Source of the DNA: Macrostomum hystrix
Taxonomy: Eukaryota > Animalia > Platyhelminthes
Direction: 5' to 3'
DNA length: 64,000 nt
Assembly (NCBI GenBank): GCA_950097015.1
Contig: CATNEN010000001.1
Location: 11,532,001 to 11,596,000, forward strand
Of the stretch, positions 46,617 to 57,113 are shown piece after piece; position 1 is the first letter of the stretch; each line of letters begins with the position of its first letter. The position numbers and the translations under genes are program-made. A model generated the notes under the pieces. It was not told the origin of the DNA and did not search any database. It saw only the letters and a list, made by a program, of their open reading frames with translations.

Positions 46617-46644
46617 TTTTATAAAAAAATGTAATAAAAAAATA

Positions 46645-47646
46645 ATGGCAGATCAGAAACTTCAAAAGCTCTACTACAGCGACAAATGATTCTTTGTAGG
46701 AAAAATGCAGTCACCAAACTCGCAGAACTAAGTAGTGAATCAAAACAAACAGTTGAAAGATGGCTCTCTAAGCAAGCAGTTTACCAAGTCTATTTCCCAC
46801 CTGTTAAATTTACAAGACCTCACTTTAACATTTATAAACCTAATGAAGCGCACCAAGCAGATCTTCTGTTTCTTCCCAATGACTCAGGCTACAAGTATGC
46901 GCTCACAGTTATAGACATTGCCTCCAGATATAAAGAAGCGAGACCACTTAAGACTAAGAAGTCAGAGGCAGAAGCAGCTGCCCTCCAAGACATTTACAAA
47001 AACTCACTGCTCACATACCCCCCAAACCTTTATGACTGATCCTGGCAAAGAATTCATGGGTGCAGTCAAATCCCTTATGGAAAAGAACAATACGAAAATG
47101 CGCTACGGAAGAACTGAGCTCCATAGAGACCAGGCTTTTGTTGGAAGATTCAATCTAACTCTAGTAAAGAGACTTTTTACAAAGCAGACAGCTGAAGAGC
47201 TGAAACTAAAAAGTGGCCAATACTATACCAAGTGGACAGAAAGACTCCCCGCAGTAATAAGTCAACTGAACAAGGAAGTATCTCGAATGACAAACCCGAA
47301 ACCAAATACTGCCATCAAACAAGACACAGTTAAATCAAAACATCACAATTTACTATCTAAAGCTCCCTGGCGTTTATTCTCCGGAAGTTCTTACATCTTA
47401 CTAACTCTGAATTCGTTCGCTTCCTTTACTTACCAGCTGGAGAAGGACACAAAGAAAAGAGCAACAGACCCATATTTTAGTATTGACGTACTTGTACATA
47501 AGATAAACAGGCATTTCACATCAGCATCCGTTTATTACTATTTTCTATCCCAAGACTTTAATTCAAAAGCCCCCACACGATCATTCACAAGGGCTGAGCT
47601 TCTAGTGATTCCACATGACACAGAAAAAAATAAATTAAAAAAATGA
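46645..47646 (+). pseudogene. Polinton retroviral-like (rve) integrase
   Basis: PNEAHQADLLFLP..YKYALTVIDIASRY..TDPGKEF..QAFVGRFN (expected catalytic Glu reads Gly); frameshifts. Confidence 0.9.
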
Positions 47647-48077
47647 TTGAAACCAGAACCGTGAATAAAATCAGCAGAATTATTGACTCTAAGAAGCCAG
47701 GTGTTGTATCAATTAAAGGTGTCAGAGTCAAAGTAGATCCAATCCAGCATATGATCCATTGTAACAATCAAACGCACGATATCACTGATGAGAAGACAGG
47801 CGGGATTCTTCCTTTGCTAACTCTTATCCCCATCATCGCAGGTGCTCTTGGTGCTGCAGGAGGTGTAGCCGGCGGAGTTGCATCAGCTGTGAAGGCTGGC
47901 AATGACAGAGCACATCAACAAGAGATGGAGAAAATCGCTAGAGAAAAAGGAGTCAGAATCGGAATGGGTAGTTGTGGATCAGTTGATGAATCAGTTGATG
48001 AATCAGTCAGAAAATCAGAAATCGTTAAAGCCATCATGACACTGCATAAAGCAGGATTTACAATACTCCGGATGTGA
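47643..48077 (+). CDS. adenovirus pX-like small core or membrane-active protein
   Basis: TGGILPLLTLIPIIAGALGAAGGVAGGVASAV resembles adenoviral pX GGFLPALIPIIAAAIGAIPGIASV (recalled); intact ORF. Confidence 0.65.
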   Translation: MIETRTVNKISRIIDSKKPGVVSIKGVRVKVDPIQHMIHCNNQTHDITDEKTGGILPLLTLIPIIAGALGAAGGVAGGVASAVKAGNDRAHQQEMEKIAREKGVRIGMGSCGSVDESVDESVRKSEIVKAIMTLHKAGFTILRM

Positions 48078-48198
48078 AAACAGAACAGAACAGAATCTGC
48101 TCTCATAACTATATTTAGCACGTTGGCAGTAGTTTGCCATACTTTACACTTCACTTGAGGGTGACCACCCTAATTTTTTAATTAAATTTTCATTAAAA

Positions 48199-51100
48199 AT
48201 GCCTAAAGCAAATCCAGAAAAAAATGTGTAGAATATTTCTTTCAAAATAATTGTCCTCAAGCTCAATCGTTTCAACAAAAAAGTCAAGTTCTGCAAGAGC
48301 TTTGCAGGCAGAAATTCAATCAAGATCCAGGCTACCTCTGGAGCTATGCAATGCAGCAAGAAATTATTAATCAGCTTCAGCATTCAGAGCAGTACACACC
48401 GGTGAAGAAGCCGGCGACTGAGCACCAACAAAAGAGCCGCAGCTTAGTCAATAAGTATGTGACACTCACAGGTCAAAATGTGTCGAAATACCCACAAAAT
48501 AAGCAAGAGCAAGAAGATCTAGAACGTACAATCCACCAGGTTGAAGCAGAGCTACAAACTGAAGACCTTAAATTTGCACAGAGAAAATTCATAGAGCATT
48601 ATATTGAGTACACAATCCAGGAAGACACCACAAATTCCCAATCCGACATTTACGACCTCAAAGACAGAATTAAATCAGTAATTTATCACACACTGAAGTC
48701 ACGTAAGACCTTCAAACTTCAGTTATCATTCAAGATTGAATTTTACATGCCTGCAAAACCCACTGAGCGTCTTGAACACTACTACATGACAACTAAAGCT
48801 CTACCCTTTAATCCCACTGACACACAGGATCCATTTCTTCAAGAGATCAGTAAAAAGATTGACGCCTTTACTTCCAGAGGATCAGGTTGGGTTGTCAATG
48901 GCATTCAAAAAGCTACAGTAATGATCATGAAATATGACCCTCTCAAAGCTTCATCATATATTGAGCTCCCGAAAATGCTAGCGAGTAAAAAGGCTTGCAT
49001 CAATGTGCAAAATTATGACCAATGCTGTGCACTATGGGCCGTTTTGTCTGCAATATTGTATGAGAAAGATCGAGCCCACCCAGAGAGAACTTCTCATTAT
49101 AGAATGTAATTTGACGCAAAAGTTTTAGAATGCCATGCTGAAGGAATTTCCTCCAATAGAGGCGGCTTGGCAATCGATCAAATCCCAAAGCTAGAGGAAG
49201 TCTTTAACAAAAAAAATCAGAATCGCAGTCTTTGAATAGAATGAGAAGAGCGAAAAAGTACAATTAGTCAGAGCCAGCAAGAATATCCTAGATCCTGAAG
49301 GTAGGCGTCGCATAGATGTCGATCTTCTAATCATAGGTGATTTGCGAGAAAATGCCCACTACGTTTGGATTAAAGATCTTTCCAGGCTCCTCCACAAGCA
49401 AATGAACAATCATCATGAACCGGTAGCAATCTGCCGTCTTTGTCTGAAGTATTATAGTGGACCCGATCGTTATGAAAAACTTAAAGAGCACGAACTGACC
49501 TGTGAAGATCATCCAACCAACTGCACACTTCCAACGGATAAGTATCTCAGATTTAAGAGTTATCACAAGATGGAAAAACTTTATAGTATACGCTGACTTT
49601 GAATGCACTATAAACCCTGAAACCAATAAGCATGTCCCAAATTCTGTTGCGTATCTCTTTATTGGAAGAGACTCTAATATTTGATCAAACTACTTCTTAG
49701 GTGACCAGTGTGTTGAACAATTCATTTGCATGATGATGGAATTACAGAAAAAGATTGCCGCCATTCAGCCTGTTCCAATAATTATGTCCAAGCAAGATGA
49801 AATCGACTTCGAATCTGCAACTCATTGTCACATCTGCCGAAAGCTTTTAACACACTCTCTGACAAACCACACGGTCAGAGACCACGATCGCTTCACATGA
49901 AAATTTAGAGGGGCAGCTCATAACATCTGTAATCTGAAACTACAGAAAACATCCACGACCTTACCATTTTCTTCCATAACGGAAGGGGATATGATTATCA
50001 CTTATTGGTTGAGAAGCTGGGTATGATACCAGGCATTAAACTAGAATGCAAGCAGAGAACAAAGAAAAGTTCAAGTGAATTGATATTAAGCAAGATTCAG
50101 GCAAGATTAAGATCAAAGATTCGTTCCAGTTTCTGGCCGCAAGTCTCGATGCTTTGAGTAAAAATCTCAACGATGACCAATGCACTTATACCAAGGTGCT
50201 GGCAGATTCCCCAGATTCATTTAAGCTTCTTAGAAAGAAAGGTGTCTACCCTTATGAATGTAATCATGTCTTTGCCAAACAATTACCACCCAAGGACAAG
50301 TTCTTTTCAAAGCTAACAAACTCTGGGATTTCTGATGAAAATTATGAGCATGCTCAGACTGTTTACAAACATTTTAACTGTCGAAACTTTCTTGATTATC
50401 ACATCATTTATCTTTTAGATGTCTTTCTTCTTGCTGATGTATTTGAAACATTCAGAAACACCTGGTACTCTGCTTATGGTCTTGACCCCGCTCATTATGT
50501 GTCTTTGCCTGCTACCAGTTGGGAAACATTGCTTAAAATGAAATGGGATCGAAATCCCAACTGGTACATCGAGCTGCTTACAGACATAGACATGTACAAC
50601 TTTATATATTCATCTAAGAGAGGTGTCATCTCTATTTGTGTCCATAGGCATGCAAAGGCGAACAATCCGTATCTAGAAGACTATAATAAAGAAAAGCCTT
50701 CAAACTACATCATTTACCTGGATGCCAACAACCTCTATGGTTGGGCTATGAGCCAAGATTTACCTTTTAGATATTTTAGGTGGCTAACAGAATACAACAA
50801 AGACTTTTCAATACCTGCGATCTATGAAGTTGATGTTGAAATCCCATGGGAACTTCACGACGATTTCTCTGACTTTGCCCCCTTCCCTGAGAACATTAAC
50901 TGTCCAAAGATAATCCAGTACAATGATGGAAGCTGGCGGTTATCAACAGAACAAGAGCGTGTGAAGAAATTGACACAAAATCTCATGAACAAGACACGCT
51001 ATAAAATCCACTACAAACTGTTGCAGTATTTTATCTCCCTAGGCTGTAGGGTCACGAAAGTTCACAGGGCTCTCGCATTCACAGAAGAAGCGTGGAATAA

Positions 51101-51965
51101 GCCATACATAGAAAAAAACACCCAGTTTAGAACTAAAGCAACAAACAACTTTGACAAGGACCTGTTCAAGCTTGCAAACAACTCTGTCTATGGCAAGACC
51201 CTAGAAAACTAACGCAACCGCACGAACCTGAAACTCGTTACCTGTTATGAGTTTGGTGTCATTCAGACAAGTTTATCAAAGCCCACTTTCAAAGAGCTTC
51301 ATATCTTTAATGATTACTTGGGCGCCATACTGTTCTATAAGACTAAAGTTACCCTATGCAAGCCGATATTCAGAGGTGTGACTGTACTCGATGAGTCGAA
51401 GCGCCTGATGTATAAATTCTTCTATGACATGAAGCGACAATATGGTGAACAACTGAAACTTCTATATACTGACACAGACTCCCTAATTCTAAACATACAG
51501 ACTGAGGATGTCTATCAGGACATGTTGAATCAAAAACATCTGTATGACCTATCCGAATATCCAGAGTCCTTTAAGACTTTGAAAGGCGATCAAGTACTTG
51601 ATACAACAAATCAAAAAGTTGTAGGAAAAATGAAGGATGAAACGGCTGGCACCCTCATTACAGAGTTTATCGGTTTGAGGGCAAAGTCCTATTTTGTAAA
51701 AAGTTGTAAGTCTACCATTAAAAAATCAAAAGGAATCCCAAAACATGTTGTTAAAAACGATCTCCATGAAGCTTCATACAAGGACGCATTGATCAATAAT
51801 AAAAGTACTACTCATGAATTTATGAAACTGCAGTCTAAGAACCACAACATTCACACAATTCAACAGAAGAAGATAGGCCTCTCAGGTGCCGATAACAAAC
51901 GACATATCTTTGATGACAACATTAACAGCCTACCATTTGGACACTATAGATTAAATAATTTGTAA
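48199..51965 (+). pseudogene. protein-primed family B DNA polymerase (pPolB), multiple lesions
   Basis: RGSGW N-terminal motif; CHIC..VRDHD..FRGAAH..CNL zinc/endoVII-like insert; RKKGVYPYE; YLDANNLYGWAM; KLANNSVYGK; YTDTDSL; nonsense codons, e.g. TAA at 51210. Confidence 0.95.
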
Positions 51966-51970
51966 CAAAA

Positions 51971-52462
51971 ATGTGTAAAAAAATGACAACCAATATTTAT
52001 TTAGAAGAGCTAGCTCAGCAATTAAAAATCCCAAACTTCCGAGGAGTCTTTATGAAGGATACACTGCCAGAATCCCTACTAGAAAAAGAATGTAGAATCA
52101 TGAACTTTGACCCTGCAGAAACGCCAGGTTCTCATTGGGTTTGTTGGGTAATTGATCCGAACCGTAAACACAAGTACTACTATTTCGACAGCTATGGAAC
52201 TGCTGTACCTGAACAACTGAGAAATTATATGAGCGCTGGACATAAAATATACCGCTCAGATTTTATACTCCAAGGGCTTAACAGTGATGTTTGTGGTGAG
52301 CTGTGTATGACCGTTTTGTATGCAATGACCCACACCCGAAAGAGTTACAAAGAAATCATTTTAGGGCTGAAAAAATATTTTTTTAACAAAAGAAATAGAA
52401 ATGCATCACACAAACCCTTACATAACTGTGAGAGAAATCATTGGATGTCTAGAGCACTATGA
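51971..52462 (+). CDS. adenain-like cysteine protease
   Basis: NFD..GSHWVCW..YYFDSYG..LQGLNSDVCGELC (His-Asp-Gln-Cys). Confidence 0.9.
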   Translation: MCKKMTTNIYLEELAQQLKIPNFRGVFMKDTLPESLLEKECRIMNFDPAETPGSHWVCWVIDPNRKHKYYYFDSYGTAVPEQLRNYMSAGHKIYRSDFILQGLNSDVCGELCMTVLYAMTHTRKSYKEIILGLKKYFFNKRNRNASHKPLHNCERNHWMSRAL

Positions 52463-52548
52463 AGATCTTGAACTGATCGAGGCTTCATATAGTTATTCTC
52501 TTCCCCATCTGCTTGCTATCTGCAGACACCTTATTAGCGATTTAGAAA

Positions 52549-52860
52549 ATGAAATACAGAAAAGAAAAGAACACTGACTTTGAAGTTTACTTGTCAAGTG
52601 CTCGTCAATTAAAATCAATTATTAAGGTGAAGTTACAGTTGGCTGACGTTGCCAAGTGGTACTTTAGCAAGCCTTCAGTGTATCCGAGATGTCACCCCCT
52701 TGTTCAATCTCTAATACGTAAAGTACTCTATGCACAAAGGATGGGATTTCCTATAGACGACATTCCTCTTCACGGAACTGAGTATGAACATGACTTGGAA
52801 GAGCTTTCTACACTTTATTCTGAGGGGTATTTACCTTATGTTGAGATGCAAGATGTATAA
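52549..52860 (+). CDS. Polinton hypothetical protein
   Basis: ORF between the protease and a convergent gene; no motif recognised. Confidence 0.4.
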   Translation: MKYRKEKNTDFEVYLSSARQLKSIIKVKLQLADVAKWYFSKPSVYPRCHPLVQSLIRKVLYAQRMGFPIDDIPLHGTEYEHDLEELSTLYSEGYLPYVEMQDV

Positions 52861-52867
52861 TCTTTTT

Positions 52868-53509
52868 TTAGGTCCTGTTCATTTTCGCGACATGCTGTTT
52901 GAACACATTCTCCAGATCATTTCTTAGCTGGCTCATTTCATCAATGGCATTTAGATTAAGCCTTACTCGCTGTTCATAGAAGGCTTGAATTTTTTAAACT
53001 CATCCTCTGAAATGCACTTGTCCTCAATCGCCTTTGAGATGTACCCGATGATAGAGCTTTGTACTGATTTCTCGTTTGTTTGCTTCGCATGTAGATGCTT
53101 TAGCTTTTGTCGTCTGTTCCGTGATAGTGCTCCTGTAACTGCTGAAACCAGACCACATGTGCCTCCAACAGCTCCGAGTGGAATGGCGATTGGCGCAGTG
53201 ATTACAGGAATTGTTGAAACAGCAGCTGCTGATCACGATAGAACAGATACAGATCCAAGAAGCATATTAAGGTAATCGAAGACCTTGCACTGGCTATTAT
53301 AGCGCTTCAGTTTCTTGGTATTATGATCAATTTGCCGTTAAATATCATCTCACATCTTTTGAATCTCCACCAATCTGAATTGCTGCGAGTTGCAAGTGAA
53401 TGTAACTGGGGTTGGGTAAATGGGTTGGTAGTTTGAAGGAGCACTATGTTGGTAGTTTGAAGGAGCACTAGGTTGCTCATGATCATATAGAGTTTATTTT
53501 TTCTGACAT
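52868..53509 (-). pseudogene. Polinton-associated hydrophobic-hairpin/coiled-coil protein, disrupted
   Basis: manual translation QQFRLVEI..FDYLNMLLGSVSVLS..APIAIPLGAVGGTCGLVS..ISKAIEDKCISEDEF, with internal stops. Confidence 0.55.
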
Positions 53510-53537
53510 TTTTTGAACGAAAAAATATATATACTTT

Positions 53538-54242
53538 TTATGACCTTTCTCGCAAATCTGTTGTACGCCTTGCTGCCTCTTCTGATGGTCCATCAGATAC
53601 TCTTGCTTCTTCAATGCCAATGTCTGGCAGATTGTGCAGTCTCTCTAGTCGGCTGAGTCTTCTTTTCGTTTTCCCCCAGTCGCTGTATATCCTATTCAAA
53701 TACTCAGTGTGCCTTGTTACGTTTAGCCCCATGGGTCTTATTGTTTCCTTTGTTTTATTTGCTAGTCTCTGAAGAGTTGTTATATCTGACTCTGCTGCTG
53801 TGAGTCGCGAACTCAATCTATTATGCACAGTGCTTGATCTTAGCATAAAGGCTTCTAAATTTCGAACTTTATTTGAATTTTCTGCTACTCTTTCTTCCAC
53901 CAAGTTTGCTCGATTATCAATGGCAGTTCTCAGAGTGGCGATGTCTGATCTCAGAGTGCTTATCGCTGCAACAAGAGTATCAAGTGCATCCCGATCACGA
54001 ACAAACTGTAAATATAGTATGTCAATCTCTTCCTTCCGCTTTGCTACTCTCAACCGCAGGTCTTCCATGTTTATTTGTTGTTGGTGTTTTGCCCGCTCAA
54101 GGGCTTTCAAGCGATCTTTAATGAGTTTGATTTCTGGAATTTTTTCGTCAAAATTTATATAACGCCTGTCAAGGTAAGAAAGATGAGCACTAGTGAGTGT
54201 GCTTCCGCGATCCAACGATTCACCTGCAAAATGAATAGACAT
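53538..54242 (-). CDS. coiled-coil protein (possible fibre/spike stalk)
   Basis: intact 234-aa ORF with heptads (ISTLRSDIATLRTAI, LTAAESDITTLQ). Confidence 0.6.
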   Translation of the reverse strand: MSIHFAGESLDRGSTLTSAHLSYLDRRYINFDEKIPEIKLIKDRLKALERAKHQQQINMEDLRLRVAKRKEEIDILYLQFVRDRDALDTLVAAISTLRSDIATLRTAIDNRANLVEERVAENSNKVRNLEAFMLRSSTVHNRLSSRLTAAESDITTLQRLANKTKETIRPMGLNVTRHTEYLNRIYSDWGKTKRRLSRLERLHNLPDIGIEEARVSDGPSEEAARRTTDLRERS

Positions 54243-54265
54243 TTTTCAAAAAGTAAATCATTTAG

Positions 54266-54432
54266 AAGATGTCTTCTTGGGACTTAGATGTGTCATTTCG
54301 AGACTTCGATGTGTCTTTTTGGGACTTAGATGTGTCTTTTTGGGACTTAGATGTGTCATTTCGAGACTTCGATGTGTCTTTTTGGGACTTAGATGTGTCT
54401 TTTTGGGACTTAGATGTGTCTTTTTGGGACTA
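54266..54432. repeat. ~21-bp tandem repeat (GGGACTTAGATGTGTCTTTTT) inside the Polinton
   Basis: about 8 units. Confidence 0.85.
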
Positions 54433-54448
54433 GTCTTGTACCCTTACA

Positions 54449-55348
54449 TGTTATAAGGCTTAGAAATCTGAATGGAATTTAAGTGGGCGTTAGTAGGAAG
54501 CGAAAGCTAAAAAGAGCAACAGCAGAAAGTGCGAGAAACCGAAAGGAGAATGATTAGACAAAAATCCGCCCCCAGAGATCAACTATCCATTTCAGCGCAG
54601 GCCCGGTTCGGCATGACAGCAGCTGTGCCGACATGGAGCTGCCTGAGACCGGATCCGCAGAGGCGCTGACGTGGAACTGCCGGAGACCGGATCCGCAGCT
54701 GTGCTGACGTGGAATGGCCCGAGACCGGAACACAGCTGTGCTGACGTGGAGCTCCCGGAGTCAACCCGGCCTGTCCCGACCTGCAGCTGCCTGCATCGAC
54801 CCAACCCCGCCGAAACTGGAGCCGCCCGGACCCGATCGGGAACGAGATCGGGAGGAAGGAGGCCGGGACCGCACAAGAAGGAGGGATCGATGAAGGAAAA
54901 TGGGTTGGCGTGCCTGCCAACCAACTAGTTTAATGACAATAACTGTAAACATATTGTTTATGATCTCGAGGACTCGAGGCTGCGACCTCACTCACCCCAA
55001 ATTCCCATGCGTACTGTTGCTATGGTATTATCTCCCCCTCGGATCGAGGGGTTTTAAAGACACTATATATATCGGTGCGGAGCGCGGAAAAAGATTCGCC
55101 GCGCGAGTTAGTTAGAGACTCAGCTTGAGCTCCGTTTAGATAAAACTTACTAGAAAATCATTGTGTTTGCGTTCTTTTTTAAGCAGAATCTGAGATACCG
55201 ATCCCGAGAGATCGCCGCCAGCCGGAATACTAAGTATCGATAGTCGTTAAGAGTTATAGCCTTCAAGACTTTTAGACTGCAATAAACCGCTAGACAAATT
55301 ATAAGAAAACACCAGATTAGAAAACCATAAAACTTGAAGCGCTATACA
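54449..55348 (+). mobile_element. 900-bp solo-LTR-like insertion
   Basis: TG...CA ends; GC-rich internal direct repeats; TATATATA near 55063; AATAAA at 55281; composition differs from flanks; TACATGT at both junctions. Confidence 0.6.
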
Positions 55349-55374
55349 TGTCTTGTACCCTCGAAAAGTACCCT

Positions 55375-56840
55375 TTAGTCAAATTTGAAACCACTTCCTT
55401 TTTTAATGCTAGCTCTCATCTTCTCGTAGATTGCAGGGTCCACACTGTCTGGATTCGGGGCCAGTGGAGCCAGCGGAGCTAATGGTGGCTGAATATTTTG
55501 TGTTACAGTATCCTTTATCTTTTTAGCCGCAGTGACAACGCTTCCCACTGATTCAGCCACGTTCTTAATATTATCTTTATTCTCACTAGTGACTTTAAAA
55601 GACCCGCGCGCCCTGTGCAATTATATCAGCAAGGCCAATCCCGGAGCGTTCTTTCCTCTGATAGTGGCCTGCCGGGAAAAGTCCGGGTCCACGCTTAATT
55701 AGATAAGTTCCTCCTTGTCATAGTATTTGTCCACGTCTTTTTCGAAAATAATCGGCTTTTTTATTAGGGAAGAAATTATTTTTTGTTAAAACGTGAAAGC
55801 AGAAGCTCTCTTGCCCGTTTGTCGATATACTTCTTTTAAATCATTTTGTCCAGGATGTTGACAAATTCTATTTTAGTCTTTCATGCCAGTCTTTGCAGCT
55901 CCAAGAAGAACAGCCACTGGCTTATAGATGTCAGAAATTCCTTTTCCAGTGGGGTTTTCAGGCGACTGAAATGATTGGTCAGTGGAGGACTGGTCTGAAG
56001 GTGAACTCACCACTGGTCTTTGTTGTGGTGTGAACACTCTTGCTTTGATTTTATTCATTCGATCTGGGGAGAAATGTTTTAGTTGATGCCAGGCATCTGG
56101 GTACTTAATCTTATAATTAGCTACTTGAGTCGGACCTGCCTTTTAAAGTTCACTGAGTACGTCTTCGGGTGTTAATTCGGATGTTTGTTGCTGCTGTGGC
56201 GGTTGTTGTTCTAGATATTTTATGGCATCTTCTTGATCTGGCAAACCAAACCATTGTTTAAAATGCTTGTACTTTTTGAATCTAGTCAGGATGACACCGT
56301 TGTCATACATTATTTTCAGAACTTGTGAGACCTTTAGTATTTCTATATCTCTAGCAAGAGCAAAACTCACTAGATCTCTGTAGTTCTTTAGTTGCTTGTC
56401 CAAAATTTCTCTTGGTTCTTAGTCATAAAAGTCAGTAAGGTTTCTGTGTAAATTATTCTCTTAGTTTCTGAGCCTTTGACAACAGAAATATGGTTCTTAT
56501 TTATGTCGATATAATATTCCACTGATTCATTATAAAAGTTTTTTCTCCACATACATATACTTATTCCAAATACATATTTCCCATCATGTTCTACACGTTC
56601 TACTAGTCCAAAAATGTTATCTGTCACTTTTAGTTGTGATTGATGCGATTCTGCAGATTGCTGTATCTGCGGTGCTTCTGGAATTTTGTCCAAAACCTTT
56701 TGCACCTGGGTTTCCTGTGTGTCGTCAATAGTTTCTTCGACTTGATCAATATTTTTCTTAGCTTCTCCATACCAGGGTTTATGAAACTCTGTGGCTGCTT
56801 GGACAAACTCATTGTAGGATTGTTGCTCCTTATTGATTAG
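55375..56840 (-). pseudogene. Polinton minus-strand hypothetical ORFs; the upstream ORF starts at ~60925 and is split by the Gypsy insertion
   Basis: reading frame ..EKRVTGLI|NKEQQSYNEF.. continues across the ATTAG TSD; C-terminal KKGSGFKFD. Confidence 0.5.
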
Positions 56841-57098
56841 TGTTGTGTATTGACTGACTGAATGCTAATTTACGCATACTGCCACTATGAGTAGTGCAGT
56901 GAGGAAGCTAGTAGTTTCTAGAACCTTCTGTAGCCAGAATATTCTAGAACCTTCTATAGTCCGTGTTTTCTAGAACTTTCGATTTAACATATCAGCTACC
57001 TATAAATATACGGACACAAAGCTATCACAAAAAGGATAACTGCTCAATTTGGAATCTGCCAACAAATCCGTTGTTCCCTTCGTTCACTACATAACAAC

Positions 57099-57113
57099 TG
57101 GCGACGAGGATGG
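57099..57113 (+). promoter_or_regulatory. primer-binding site, complementary to the tRNA-Ser(GCU) 3' end
   Basis: TGGCGACGAGGATGG located 2 nt after the 5' LTR. Confidence 0.75.
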
